Positions 46,494 through 55,803 of a DNA stretch of 64,000 bases are shown one piece after another; the first letter of the stretch is position 1, and every line of letters begins with the position of its first letter. The translations under genes and the position numbers were made by a program. The notes under the pieces are model-generated. The model was not told where the DNA came from. It saw only the letters and a list, made by a program, of their open reading frames with translations, and searched no databases. Origin of the DNA: Candidatus Bipolaricaulota bacterium (GTDB lineage Bacteria > Bipolaricaulota > Bipolaricaulia > RBG-16-55-9 > DRXL01); NCBI GenBank assembly GCA_025060395.1, contig JANXCC010000004.1:37454-101453 (forward strand), read 5' to 3'.

Positions 46494-47084
46494 GTGAAGG
46501 CCGTCATTGGCTTAGGCAATCCGGGGAGGCAATACGAGCGCACGCGCCATAATATGGGGCGTCTGGCTGTGCGCTCCCTGCTTCAACGCTATACCCAGCT
46601 AGAAACAGTAGAGCATAAGCTGTCGGTTGTCTATCGGATTGGCGAGCTAGCTCTTGTAGTGGAGCCGTTAACCTATATGAATGTAAGCGGGCTTGCCGTG
46701 AAAGAGATCTGCGAGCGCTACTCTGTGACGCCCCAGGAGTGCCTTGTAGTCTACGACGACTATGCGCTTCCGTTTGGGAAGCTGCGGGCGCGCAAGCGCG
46801 GGAGCGCCGGGGGCCATCATGGCATGGAGTCTGTTATCGCTGAGTTGCAAACTGAAGATATTCCGCGGCTGCGCATCGGGATCGGAACAGAGCAGCCCTT
46901 GCCCGATCTGATCGACTACGTCTTGGGCGAGTTCACCCCTGAAGAGCAAGCCAAACTTCCCGAGATTCTCTCGCGCGCCGCCGATGCCATCGAGTGCTTT
47001 CTCCAGACCGATATCGAGACGGTGATGAACAGATTTAACGCCCCTGCCGAGCGGCAAACGAAAGAACAACCCCTAACGCGATAG
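46494..47084 (+). CDS. pth: peptidyl-tRNA hydrolase
   Basis: IGLGNPG..Y..TRHNMG and GSAGGHHGMESV. Confidence 0.92.
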   Translation: MKAVIGLGNPGRQYERTRHNMGRLAVRSLLQRYTQLETVEHKLSVVYRIGELALVVEPLTYMNVSGLAVKEICERYSVTPQECLVVYDDYALPFGKLRARKRGSAGGHHGMESVIAELQTEDIPRLRIGIGTEQPLPDLIDYVLGEFTPEEQAKLPEILSRAADAIECFLQTDIETVMNRFNAPAERQTKEQPLTR

Positions 47085-47643
47085 ACAGATACGCAGCGCT
47101 GGTGACGCGCCACGCCGGCGGCAACGAGAACGTTATCGTATGAGCTGGGATCCAAAATAGAATCAAAGAGAGAAAGACGATCCTAGCCCAACGACGTGTC
47201 TCTGGTCTGCCTAGGACTTCCCAGGGCCAGCAGAATCTCCCAGCGATCATCGCATCAATCCAATAGTGCGTGAACATCATCGAAAACGCATAGCCTCCAA
47301 GGAGATTAATCCACGCGCTCATCCAGAATGGGTTTGCTGGAACCCATAAGTGACTGGACGAGATCGCCTGCACGCCTCCAGCGACAAAGGGGAACGCCGC
47401 TGTAAACCAGAGTCCAAAGATCCCCCAGACGAGAAAGCGTATAGCGAGCTTGTCCGGGATCCAATGACCCGTTGTCAGGCGATGTCTCAAGCACTCCCCA
47501 AATGTCGCTAAAAGGGCGATCTTAGCAAACCCCATCGGATACGGATAAGTCTCCGTTAGTCGAATGAAGAGCTCGTTCTGAAAGACGATGAACGCCGTGA
47601 TCGCCCCCAAATAGAGAGCGCCTACAATGTCAGAGAATCTCAC
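47035..47643 (-). CDS. hypothetical polytopic membrane protein
   Basis: 202 aa, Trp/Phe-rich, about 6 TM. Its 3' end overlaps the pth 3' end by 50 nt. Confidence 0.55.
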   Translation of the reverse strand: MRFSDIVGALYLGAITAFIVFQNELFIRLTETYPYPMGFAKIALLATFGECLRHRLTTGHWIPDKLAIRFLVWGIFGLWFTAAFPFVAGGVQAISSSHLWVPANPFWMSAWINLLGGYAFSMMFTHYWIDAMIAGRFCWPWEVLGRPETRRWARIVFLSLILFWIPAHTITFSLPPAWRVTSAAYLSIALGVVLSFAARQGR

Positions 47644-47668
47644 GTCGGCCTCCTTGAGTGAGAGATTT

Positions 47669-49063
47669 TTATAAGATATATCGGCTAAGGTCTAAGTCTT
47701 CGACAATGCCCTTGAGCTTGGCGTGCACATACGCAGCGTCGATGGTAAAAGTCTTCGGCTCAGGCAGATCGCACGTCTCAAAGGCAATATCTTCCATAAG
47801 TTTCTCCATCACGGTGTGCAAGCGCCGCGCCCCGATATTTTCTAAGCGCTCATTGAGGCGGAACGCGATCTCAGCAATCGCGTCGAGCGCATCATCCGTA
47901 AATTCTAGGCATAGCCCCTCCGTAGCCATCAACGCTTGGTACTGTTTTGTCAGGGCATCTTCAGGCTCCTTGAGGATCCGGCGAAAGTCTTCTTTGCTGA
48001 GGGGTTTAAGCTCAACGCGGATGGGGAGCCGCCCTTGGAGCTCCGGGATGAGATCCGACGGCTTAGACATAGTAAACGCTCCTGCTGCGATAAAGAGAAT
48101 ATTATCGGTGCGCACGTTGCCATAGCGGGTGCGTACCGTTGAGCCCTCCAAGATGGGCAAGAGATCGCGTTGCACCCCCTGCCGCGATACCCCAGGACCG
48201 AAGCGTTCCTCCCGCCCCCCTGCGGCGATCTTGTCAATCTCATCGATAAAAATAATCCCCATCTCTTCAGCACGTTGCACTGCCTGGCGCTTGATCTCAT
48301 CGAGATTGATGAGCTTATCAGCTTCTTCGTTGAAGAGCAGTTCGCGCGCCTCCTTGATCTTCATGCGCTTGACCGTGTAGCCGAAGCCCAAGGGATTGAG
48401 CTTCTCCAACAGCTCGCTCAGATCTACACCCAGCTGCTCCACCCCTTCAGCTGTGAAGAACCCGACTTGTGAGAAGGGGGACTCGCGCTTCACTCGGATC
48501 TCAACGTAGTGCTCTTCAAGGGCTCCGGCTCGCAACTTCTCTCGCAGCTTTTCGCGGGTCTGGCGCCAGGAGTCGCGACGTTCCTCATCCGCACTGCTGG
48601 GCGGCGTTGCCCCTATCAGGGCATCTAAGAGCCGCTCCTCTACGGCGCGCTCTGCTTCGTGCTTCACCTTCTCGATGGCCTCCTGGCGTACCATCTGGAA
48701 GCTTACTTCGACGAGATCCCGAACCATCGACTCGACATCGCGCCCGACATAGCCCACTTCAGTGTACTTTGTCGCTTCTACCTTTAAAAACGGTGCCTTG
48801 ATCAAGCTCGCAAGCCTGCGGGAGATCTCAGTCTTTCCCACCCCCGTAGGGCCGATCATCAAGATGTTCTTGGGAAGGATCTCTTTGCGGATGGGATCAG
48901 TCACGCGCATGCGTCGGATGCGATTTCTGAGAGCAATGGCCACCGCGCGCTTCGCCTCATACTGCCCAATAATATACTTATCGAGCTCGGCCACGATCTC
49001 CCTCGGGGAGAGCGCGCGTTTACTCGTGCGTTCGAACGCGTTGATCTCGACGATGTCAGCCAT
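47669..49063 (-). CDS. hslU: ATP-dependent protease ATPase subunit HslU
   Basis: [26 protein letters not shown], and C-terminal ...DLSRYIL. Confidence 0.95.
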   Translation of the reverse strand: MADIVEINAFERTSKRALSPREIVAELDKYIIGQYEAKRAVAIALRNRIRRMRVTDPIRKEILPKNILMIGPTGVGKTEISRRLASLIKAPFLKVEATKYTEVGYVGRDVESMVRDLVEVSFQMVRQEAIEKVKHEAERAVEERLLDALIGATPPSSADEERRDSWRQTREKLREKLRAGALEEHYVEIRVKRESPFSQVGFFTAEGVEQLGVDLSELLEKLNPLGFGYTVKRMKIKEARELLFNEEADKLINLDEIKRQAVQRAEEMGIIFIDEIDKIAAGGREERFGPGVSRQGVQRDLLPILEGSTVRTRYGNVRTDNILFIAAGAFTMSKPSDLIPELQGRLPIRVELKPLSKEDFRRILKEPEDALTKQYQALMATEGLCLEFTDDALDAIAEIAFRLNERLENIGARRLHTVMEKLMEDIAFETCDLPEPKTFTIDAAYVHAKLKGIVEDLDLSRYIL

Positions 49064-49066
49064 CAG

Positions 49067-49615
49067 TCACCACTCAAGGGTTTCGATCGATATATGTTGA
49101 TTAGTATAGATATCCAACGCTCCTGCGATCTCCAGGGCTTTCCGCGCGATCTCCACGATGGGCAGTTGGGTGTTCTGGCGCAGGGCCTTGGCAGCCGCAA
49201 GCGCATAGGTTCCTCCAGACCCCAGCCCGATCATCTCGTCATCGGGCTCGAGAACATCCCCAGCCCCAGAGATCAGCAACAATCCTTCGGCGTTGACGAC
49301 AACCATCATGGCCTCTAAGCGCCGCAGGACTCTGTCGGTGCGCCAGTCTTTAGTGAGCTCGACCGCTGCACGCTTTAGGTTCCCGCCAAATTCTTTTAAT
49401 TTGCTCTCGAAACGCTCAAAGAGCGTGATGGCGTCGGCGGTCGCTCCGGCAAACCCCACCAAGACCTGATCGTTATAGATCTTGCGGATCTTTTTCGCCG
49501 TACTCTTTAGCACGACATTGTTGAGCGTCGCCTGCCCATCAGAAGCGATGACCGCGCGACGCTCCCGCGCTGAGCGAATCGCTAGAATAGTCGTGCCGTG
49601 GATACGCGCTTTCAT
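49067..49615 (-). CDS. hslV: ATP-dependent protease subunit HslV
   Basis: MKARIHG/TTILAIRS...GDGQATL and GSGGTYALAAA. Confidence 0.93.
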   Translation of the reverse strand: MKARIHGTTILAIRSARERRAVIASDGQATLNNVVLKSTAKKIRKIYNDQVLVGFAGATADAITLFERFESKLKEFGGNLKRAAVELTKDWRTDRVLRRLEAMMVVVNAEGLLLISGAGDVLEPDDEMIGLGSGGTYALAAAKALRQNTQLPIVEIARKALEIAGALDIYTNQHISIETLEW

Positions 49616-49657
49616 GCGCTTATTCTAATCTAGAAGTGTATAGCTCGCAAGCGCCGT

Positions 49658-50611
49658 TTAGCGCAGTTCAAACTTCTGCACTCGATGGTTATCTGAATCA
49701 GCGATATAGATGAAGTTTCCAAAGATTGCGATGCCACGCGGATTCTGAAACTCCCCGGGCGCACTCCCCTCCTTGCCCCACACAAATAAGAGCTTCCCTG
49801 AGGGGTCGAAGGCTTGGATACGATGATGCCCCTGATCCGTCACGTAGATACGATTAAGCCTGTCCACAGCAAGATGATACGGCCGGCGCATCTGGTCGTC
49901 GGCTGTGCCCGGGCCGCCGAGCTTAGCTAAAAACTTCCCCGTTGGGTCAAACTTCTGCACCCGATCGTTCTTGTTGTCTGAGACATAGATATTGCCCTCG
50001 GCGTCCAGGGAAATCCCCGCGGTGATGTTAAACTGTCCATCGCCGGTGCCGAAGCTTCCGAACTTCCCCAAGAACTTGCCTGTGGGGCTGAACTTCTGCA
50101 CGCGATGGTTGAAGGCGTCAGCGACGTAGAGATTCCCGTCTTTGTCAAGGGCGATACCGACGGGGAAATAAAACTGCCCATCACCAAGCTGGAGGGGACC
50201 GGGCCCATCAGGATCGACACAGCCTCTACCCGATTGGAGCTCGCAGGGGGTCCCCCACTTGGCCAAGAACCTCCCGTCCTTGTCAAATTTCTGGATGCGA
50301 TTGTTAAATGTGTCCGCGACGTATATATTCCCCGCGCTATCCACAGCGATGCCTCCAGGACTCTCAAACTGCCCGTTGTGAGCCCCCTTGGAGCCCCACT
50401 GAGCGAGGAACCTCCCCTCAGCGTCGAACTTCTGAATGCGATGGTTCTCCGTGTCCGCAACATAGACATTCCCTTGGGCATCTACGGCGATGCCCTCAGG
50501 AGCATTGAATTGTCCAGCCTTGTTGCCGAGCTGGCCCCACTGAGTGACAAAGACAACCGGTGCTTGTGCTCCCACCCCAACGATAAGTACAACTATGAGA
50601 CCAAGGCGCAC
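49658..50611 (-). CDS. secreted six-bladed NHL-repeat protein
   Basis: Six repeats of G.F..P.GIAVD..GN[IV]YV[AS]D..N.R[IV]QKF, also visible as DNA-level repeats. Confidence 0.85.
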   Translation of the reverse strand: MRLGLIVVLIVGVGAQAPVVFVTQWGQLGNKAGQFNAPEGIAVDAQGNVYVADTENHRIQKFDAEGRFLAQWGSKGAHNGQFESPGGIAVDSAGNIYVADTFNNRIQKFDKDGRFLAKWGTPCELQSGRGCVDPDGPGPLQLGDGQFYFPVGIALDKDGNLYVADAFNHRVQKFSPTGKFLGKFGSFGTGDGQFNITAGISLDAEGNIYVSDNKNDRVQKFDPTGKFLAKLGGPGTADDQMRRPYHLAVDRLNRIYVTDQGHHRIQAFDPSGKLLFVWGKEGSAPGEFQNPRGIAIFGNFIYIADSDNHRVQKFELR

Positions 50612-50635
50612 CAGAGCTGCCTCCTTTCTCTTTAT

Positions 50636-51775
50636 CTATCTGAGCTGCCCAAAGATCTCAAGCAACTGGGCCACCGAGTGGTGAATGCTCATCTGTCGCG
50701 CTCGCTCCTTGGAGTTTCTCCCCAAGAGCTTGCGTCGATGCGGATCGTGCAAGAGTTGTGCTACCGTTTGGGCGAAGATCTGCTCGTCCTCTGGGACGAG
50801 TACCCCGGTCTCCCCATCACAGACGATATCCGCAACGCCTAGAGCGCGCACGGCCACCGCTGGGAGCCCCGCAGCCATCGCTTCCATCAAGACCAAGCCT
50901 TGGGTCTCCGTCTTCGAAGCAAAGACGAACAAGTCCGCTCCACGATAGTAATCAACCAACTCTGCGCGCGGGACGAACCCCACAAAGAGCACCCGATCTC
51001 CAAGCTTCAGGTGTTTGGCATACTCCTCGAAGAGGGGCTGATGGGGCCCCCCTCCCGCAAGCACTAATCGTATAGGCCGTGGATCGTCCCACTGGTCTAG
51101 GATCATGCGAAACGCGCGCAGCAAGAAGTGTAAGTTCTTTTCAATCCCCAGACGCCCTGCGTAGAGCAAGAAGAACTCCTCGGGGGCAAGCCCAAGAACC
51201 TTGCGCGCGTCAATTCTTATGGGGCGCTCGAAGGGCTCTATATCTACCCCAAAGGGCAGCACATAAATGGGCTTTTGGACGCCATAACGAAGAAGCTCTT
51301 CTTTCATGGCTTGGGAAGGGGTGGTAATCGCGTCGCATCGGTTACAGAATGCCGCACTCATGCGCTCAGCCATGCGCCGCGAGGGGCGGATGAGTCTAGG
51401 AAGATAGTGCAGATACTCTGTAAAGAGCGTGTGATACGTATGCACATGAGGAAGGCTATATTTTCGGGCGACGTGGATCGCCAGCAACCCCATCGAGACC
51501 GGCGTATGGCTGTAGACGATGTTGAGCTGAGGAAAGACAGCAAACGCTCGACGATCATAGGGAATGACAATACGGCTATCTTTGTGGAAATAAGCCGTTA
51601 GCGCCGGAAACCGAAAGATTCGGCCGTTCTCGTTTCGTTGAGCGCGCGAGTATGCAGGAGCGAAGATATAGACGTCATGGCCTTGGCGCGTCAGCACACG
51701 ATCTAATTCTTCGAGAACGCTGGTGACACCGTTGATTTGTGGTGTGAACGTATCAGTAAAAATCCCAATCTTCAT
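50636..51775 (-). CDS. GT4-family (GT-B) glycosyltransferase
   Basis: MKIGIFTDTFTPQINGV..., a C-terminal E-x7-E-like region (ETQGLVLMEAMAAGLP). Confidence 0.88.
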   Translation of the reverse strand: MKIGIFTDTFTPQINGVTSVLEELDRVLTRQGHDVYIFAPAYSRAQRNENGRIFRFPALTAYFHKDSRIVIPYDRRAFAVFPQLNIVYSHTPVSMGLLAIHVARKYSLPHVHTYHTLFTEYLHYLPRLIRPSRRMAERMSAAFCNRCDAITTPSQAMKEELLRYGVQKPIYVLPFGVDIEPFERPIRIDARKVLGLAPEEFFLLYAGRLGIEKNLHFLLRAFRMILDQWDDPRPIRLVLAGGGPHQPLFEEYAKHLKLGDRVLFVGFVPRAELVDYYRGADLFVFASKTETQGLVLMEAMAAGLPAVAVRALGVADIVCDGETGVLVPEDEQIFAQTVAQLLHDPHRRKLLGRNSKERARQMSIHHSVAQLLEIFGQLR

Positions 51776-51781
51776 TGGCGG

Positions 51782-52345
51782 TCACCTCTCTTCCTCTGCC
51801 TGAGGAGGGGGAGGAGCTGGAGGTGAGGGTGACTTCCCACAAATCGGACAGAAATTCTCTTCGCTCAGGAAGCCGCACTGGGGACAGGGCTTCCAGCCTA
51901 GCTTCCAACGGGCCTTCTCCATTATCTTGGCTTTCCGCATAAGTTGCTTCACTGTGGCGCGCAGGGTCGGGTCGGCAAGCTCTACAACAAGCTGCTCGAT
52001 CTCGTGCTCTTCTTCAGGGCTCAGCTCAACAGCCTCGAGCGAGAGCACTGGGCGTGGCTTAGGGAAGCTCTCGACGCGAAAGCGAATCTCCTTGACGCGC
52101 TCGGCCCCCAAAGCGCTGTTGAGCTTTCTTCTGAATTCTTCTCGCATTAGGCTGAACTCGTGCTGGACGATGTGATTGGGCACCGCGACGAAGAGCACGC
52201 CCTCATGGACCCAGATCGGTCGCGCTAACCGTGAGATCCTCTGTCCAACAACGCGATCCCACATAAGCGCTGGCTCCTGCTCGCGATATCCTTCGAGCAG
52301 GCCGTACTTGCGTAACACCCTCTCGATCAGTGTTGCTTCGATCAT
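51782..52345 (-). CDS. DUF721 (DciA-like) protein with a C-terminal zinc ribbon
   Basis: The N-terminal ~95 aa fit DUF721 (W..VVG..I...A.P......VLFV.V......E). C-terminal CPQCG...CPICG and a Pro-rich tail. Confidence 0.7.
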   Translation of the reverse strand: MIEATLIERVLRKYGLLEGYREQEPALMWDRVVGQRISRLARPIWVHEGVLFVAVPNHIVQHEFSLMREEFRRKLNSALGAERVKEIRFRVESFPKPRPVLSLEAVELSPEEEHEIEQLVVELADPTLRATVKQLMRKAKIMEKARWKLGWKPCPQCGFLSEENFCPICGKSPSPPAPPPPQAEEER

Positions 52346-52346
52346 C

Positions 52347-53447
52347 TCATCCCTGCTTGAGCTTCCCTTCTCCTTGAGAGGGGAGAGGGATCACTCTTCC
52401 GTTCTCTATGGCGAAGATGCGCCGAGCTACCGCACGCACCTCCGGAAAGAGTTCTTCAGGGTCCATTGCTGTATGAGTGAGAAAGATCTGAATATCTTTA
52501 GGCAGAAGCTGCAAGAGCCGTTGGAGCCGAGGGCGATCCAGCTCCGTGAGCACGTCGTCCAAGATCAAGATAGGATAATCCCCGAAGCGCTGAAAGCCTA
52601 GATCAAGCTGGGCGAGCAAGACCGCGCAGAGCGCAGATTTCTGCTCCCCTTGTGAGCCAAAGCGCCTCAAGTCATGGCCATCGAGCATAAAGCGTAGATC
52701 GTCGCGATGAGGGCCGACTAAGATCATACGACGCCGGATCTCTTCTGGAGTGGCATCCCTGATGAGTTGAGCAAGGGGCACCGAAGGCCCCTCATAGCTG
52801 AGCACTAACTTGCTCTCGCGACCACAGATCGCTTGGTAGCGCTCGGGAAGCATCTTGTTGAGCTCCCGAATATATTCGCGTCGCTGAGCGATGAGCCAAC
52901 TCCCTCGCTCTACGAGCTCCTGGTTGAAGACCTCCAGGACTTCAGGATCAGGGGTCTCCTGATGCAATAGAGCGCTCTTGCGCTGGAGCACCTGCTCATA
53001 CTCGCGCAGCACATATCGATATTCACGCGAAATCTCGGAGATACTGCGGTCGAGAAAGCGCCGGCGCTGCTCAGGACGACCTTTGAGAATCTGTAATTCA
53101 TCTGGGGTAAAGAGCACGACGTGCAGCCGTGCGCTCAACTCGCTCTGGGTCTTCCTTTCGTGATTGAGCTCGATAGTCTTGGCACGCGCTCGTCCGTTGA
53201 GATGAACTCGGATCTCATCACCGTTGACAGAAAGCTCGATAGCGGCTTCTTGCTGCCCGAAGGCAATCACGTCACGCTGGCGCTCCCCCTTAAGCAACCA
53301 GCCTTTAGCAACGTAATAGATCGCTTCGCAGAGATTGCTCTTGCCTGCGGCATTGGGCCCAATGATGAGATTGAGCCCACCATCGGGCATCAGCTCTAGA
53401 GGCGCTAGATTGCGAAAGTTATAGAGCGCGAGACGCTCAACCTTCAT
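52347..53447 (-). CDS. recF: DNA replication/repair protein RecF
   Basis: NFRNL...GPNAAGKSNL Walker A, an SMC-like signature SQGEQK, and ILILDDV. Confidence 0.92.
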   Translation of the reverse strand: MKVERLALYNFRNLAPLELMPDGGLNLIIGPNAAGKSNLCEAIYYVAKGWLLKGERQRDVIAFGQQEAAIELSVNGDEIRVHLNGRARAKTIELNHERKTQSELSARLHVVLFTPDELQILKGRPEQRRRFLDRSISEISREYRYVLREYEQVLQRKSALLHQETPDPEVLEVFNQELVERGSWLIAQRREYIRELNKMLPERYQAICGRESKLVLSYEGPSVPLAQLIRDATPEEIRRRMILVGPHRDDLRFMLDGHDLRRFGSQGEQKSALCAVLLAQLDLGFQRFGDYPILILDDVLTELDRPRLQRLLQLLPKDIQIFLTHTAMDPEELFPEVRAVARRIFAIENGRVIPLPSQGEGKLKQG

Positions 53448-53459
53448 CTCGATGATATT

Positions 53460-54530
53460 TTACTCTGTGCGCTCAGCTAATGCGAGCAGCTGGGCTTTTA
53501 AGTGAGCGATCTCTCCGGCGAAGAGTGGGCTTTCGGCTAAGGCCTTGGCTTTACGATATGCATGCATGATCGTGGTATGATCGCGCCCCCCGAAGCTCAT
53601 CCCCAAGGCTGGGAAGGAGCGCTCGGTCAGTTCACGTGCGAGGTAGATCGCGATTTGACGCGCGCAGGCGATGCGTCGCTCTCGGCTCTCCCCTTCGAGG
53701 TCTTCGACGCTTATCTGATAATATCGCGCGACCTCGCGCTTGATGAGCTCGGGGGTGAGGAACTTGGGGCGCTCTGGCGGAGGGAGCACGTCCTTCAAGG
53801 CATCTTCGGAGAGCTCATGGCCGTTGAGCGAGATCGTAGCGGTCAAGCGCACCAGAGCCCCTTCTAAGGCGCGCACGTTCGAGCGCACCCGCTCCGCGAT
53901 ATACTCAAGTATGCTCGGGGGAAGTTCGAGCTGGAGCTCTTCGGCTTTCGTACGCAAGATCGCCAAGCGTGTCTTGGCATCAGGGGGCTGAATCTCCGCT
54001 ACTAACCCCCAGCCAAACCGTGAGATCAGCCCCTCTGGAAGATGGGGCAAGGCCTCTGGAGAGCGCGTCGAGGTCAAGACGATCTGTTTGCCGCGTTGGT
54101 AGAGATCGTTGAACGTGTGCAAGAGCTCTTCTTGGATAGCGGCTTTCTCACGGAGGAAGTGTACGTCGTCTAATAACAAGATATCTGCTGAGCGATAAGT
54201 CTTTCGAAACTGCGCGGTCTTGCCCTCTTGGAGGGCGCGGTAGAACTCGGTGGCGAAGCGCTCGCAAGTGACATAGAGAATCTTGAGCCAAGGGAAGCGA
54301 CGCGCTGCTTCGTTGCCGATGGCATGGAGAAGATGAGTCTTGCCTAAGCCCGAGGCGCTGTAGATAAACAAGGGATTATAAATGCGTGCGGGATTCTCTG
54401 CGACCGCAAGGGAAGCGGCGTATGCCAATCGGTTGCTCTCGCCACGGACGAATCGCGTGAACGTATACTCTGGCCGTAGCGTCGAAACAACAGCTGGGGG
54501 AGAGTCTCGCAACACAGCTTCTGATCGCAT
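53460..54530 (-). CDS. dnaA: DnaA-family protein consisting only of the AAA+ (III) and DNA-binding (IV) domains
   Basis: ATG 54530. YTFTRFVRGESNRLA, GLGKTHLLHAIGN, LLLDDVHFL, GGRDHTTIMHA. Only ~18 residues precede domain III. Confidence 0.85.
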   Translation of the reverse strand: MRSEAVLRDSPPAVVSTLRPEYTFTRFVRGESNRLAYAASLAVAENPARIYNPLFIYSASGLGKTHLLHAIGNEAARRFPWLKILYVTCERFATEFYRALQEGKTAQFRKTYRSADILLLDDVHFLREKAAIQEELLHTFNDLYQRGKQIVLTSTRSPEALPHLPEGLISRFGWGLVAEIQPPDAKTRLAILRTKAEELQLELPPSILEYIAERVRSNVRALEGALVRLTATISLNGHELSEDALKDVLPPPERPKFLTPELIKREVARYYQISVEDLEGESRERRIACARQIAIYLARELTERSFPALGMSFGGRDHTTIMHAYRKAKALAESPLFAGEIAHLKAQLLALAERTE

Positions 54531-54563
54531 CGTCGCTAACCCCTGGTGCTGGTAGGTACCCTC

Positions 54564-54593
54564 AGCATAGCAGAGATCCCAGGGCGTTGTCAA
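54564..54593 (-). promoter_or_regulatory. dnaA promoter
   Basis: On the minus strand: TTGACA (54593..54588), 18-nt spacer, TATGCT (54569..54564). The track's TTG start is part of the -35 hexamer. Confidence 0.5.
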
Positions 54594-54753
54594 GTCTGGA
54601 TCAAGAGGAACGATGGCGAGAAAACCCTTATTCCAAAAGTATTTTTTGCGTAGCCTCGTCGGGGTGACGCAACGGAGTCAGTGAGGTGATGAACATGACA
54701 CCGGTTTACTCGTTGGGCAGACGCGCCGTAGATTTTGCGGGAAATTGATCACC

Positions 54754-55518
54754 CTAGTTAGCAGACATAGCCCGTGTGAGGGTCACAACTCCCAGGGTAA
54801 TGGCCAACAGAGCGATCAAGGCTCTCAGGAAGCGCACGGGGAGCTTGTGCACGGTAAACGCGGCTAAGGGTGTCGAGATCACGGCGCCAATGAGAATAGG
54901 CACCGCGAGCTGCCAATTGATAGTGCTTACACTGAGCCAATACATGAGAACGCCGACGAGCGAGACGACTCCTTCGGAGAGACTAGTGATGCCCACGGCG
55001 GCCTTGGGGCTCAGCCCAGCGAGGATCTGGCCGGCCGTAATGATCGGACCATAGCCACCTCCGCTCACCCCTTTATTAAAAGAACTGAGCAATCCGATCC
55101 CAACAAGCCGCAGCCAAGAGAATCTCTGACTGCCCGAGGGCGTCACGAGCACGAAGACCCCCAGGGCGAGCACTAGCACGCCAATATAGACTTTGATTAT
55201 CCACGCAGGGAGCTTCACGGCTACAGTAACGGCAATCACTGCTCCCAGCGCGCCGATGAGCGAGAGCACTAGGACGACTCGAGAATCAAGAGAGCTCTTG
55301 CGGAAGCTCACGTTCCGATACGTATGATGAAACCCTGCGGCGACTAAGCCGGTGACGAATTCCGAGAGCAAGACAACAGGGACGATCTGGAGCGGCGTGA
55401 ACCCTAGCAACAATAGCAACGGGGTAAGAGTCGTGCCGTAGCCCATGCCAAGAGAAGAGTCTATATACTCAGCGACGAAAGCGAGCGCCACCAAGATCAA
55501 GAAGAATTCCCAGGCCAC
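54754..55518 (-). CDS. TauE/SafE-family anion exporter
   Basis: 254 aa, 7-8 TM, with the duplicated Gly-rich TM pattern typical of TauE. Confidence 0.8.
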   Translation of the reverse strand: MAWEFFLILVALAFVAEYIDSSLGMGYGTTLTPLLLLLGFTPLQIVPVVLLSEFVTGLVAAGFHHTYRNVSFRKSSLDSRVVLVLSLIGALGAVIAVTVAVKLPAWIIKVYIGVLVLALGVFVLVTPSGSQRFSWLRLVGIGLLSSFNKGVSGGGYGPIITAGQILAGLSPKAAVGITSLSEGVVSLVGVLMYWLSVSTINWQLAVPILIGAVISTPLAAFTVHKLPVRFLRALIALLAITLGVVTLTRAMSAN

Positions 55519-55595
55519 AACGCAGTATACCCCAAAGCGGATCTCCTAAGCAAATTTGCGCCGGGGCTCTCTATGAGCTATGATGGCGTCGTGCT

Positions 55596-55790
55596 ATGAG
55601 CTGGCGCTGGTTGTTGGCTTTGTTGATCGTTAGCAGCTTGCTGTTCTTAGGGGCACGCTATTTTATACTTGCGCGGCTCAAGAACGAAGAATATCATCAG
55701 TGCCCACACTGCAAGAGCTTCTATCGCGGTGCGGTGATGTACTGTCCGCACTGCGGACAAGTCGTCGCTCGGTGGTCCAATAGGCGCTAA
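55596..55790 (+). CDS. small membrane-anchored zinc-ribbon protein
   Basis: 64 aa with one TM, then CPHC...CPHCG. Confidence 0.5.
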   Translation: MSWRWLLALLIVSSLLFLGARYFILARLKNEEYHQCPHCKSFYRGAVMYCPHCGQVVARWSNRR

Positions 55791-55803
55791 GCGTTCCGCT
55801 CGC

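Noticed and set aside
54594-54753. oriC with DnaA boxes upstream of dnaA.
   Set aside because: I found no TTATCCACA/TGTGGATAA-like 9-mers and only a short A/T run. The region is adequately explained by the dnaA promoter.
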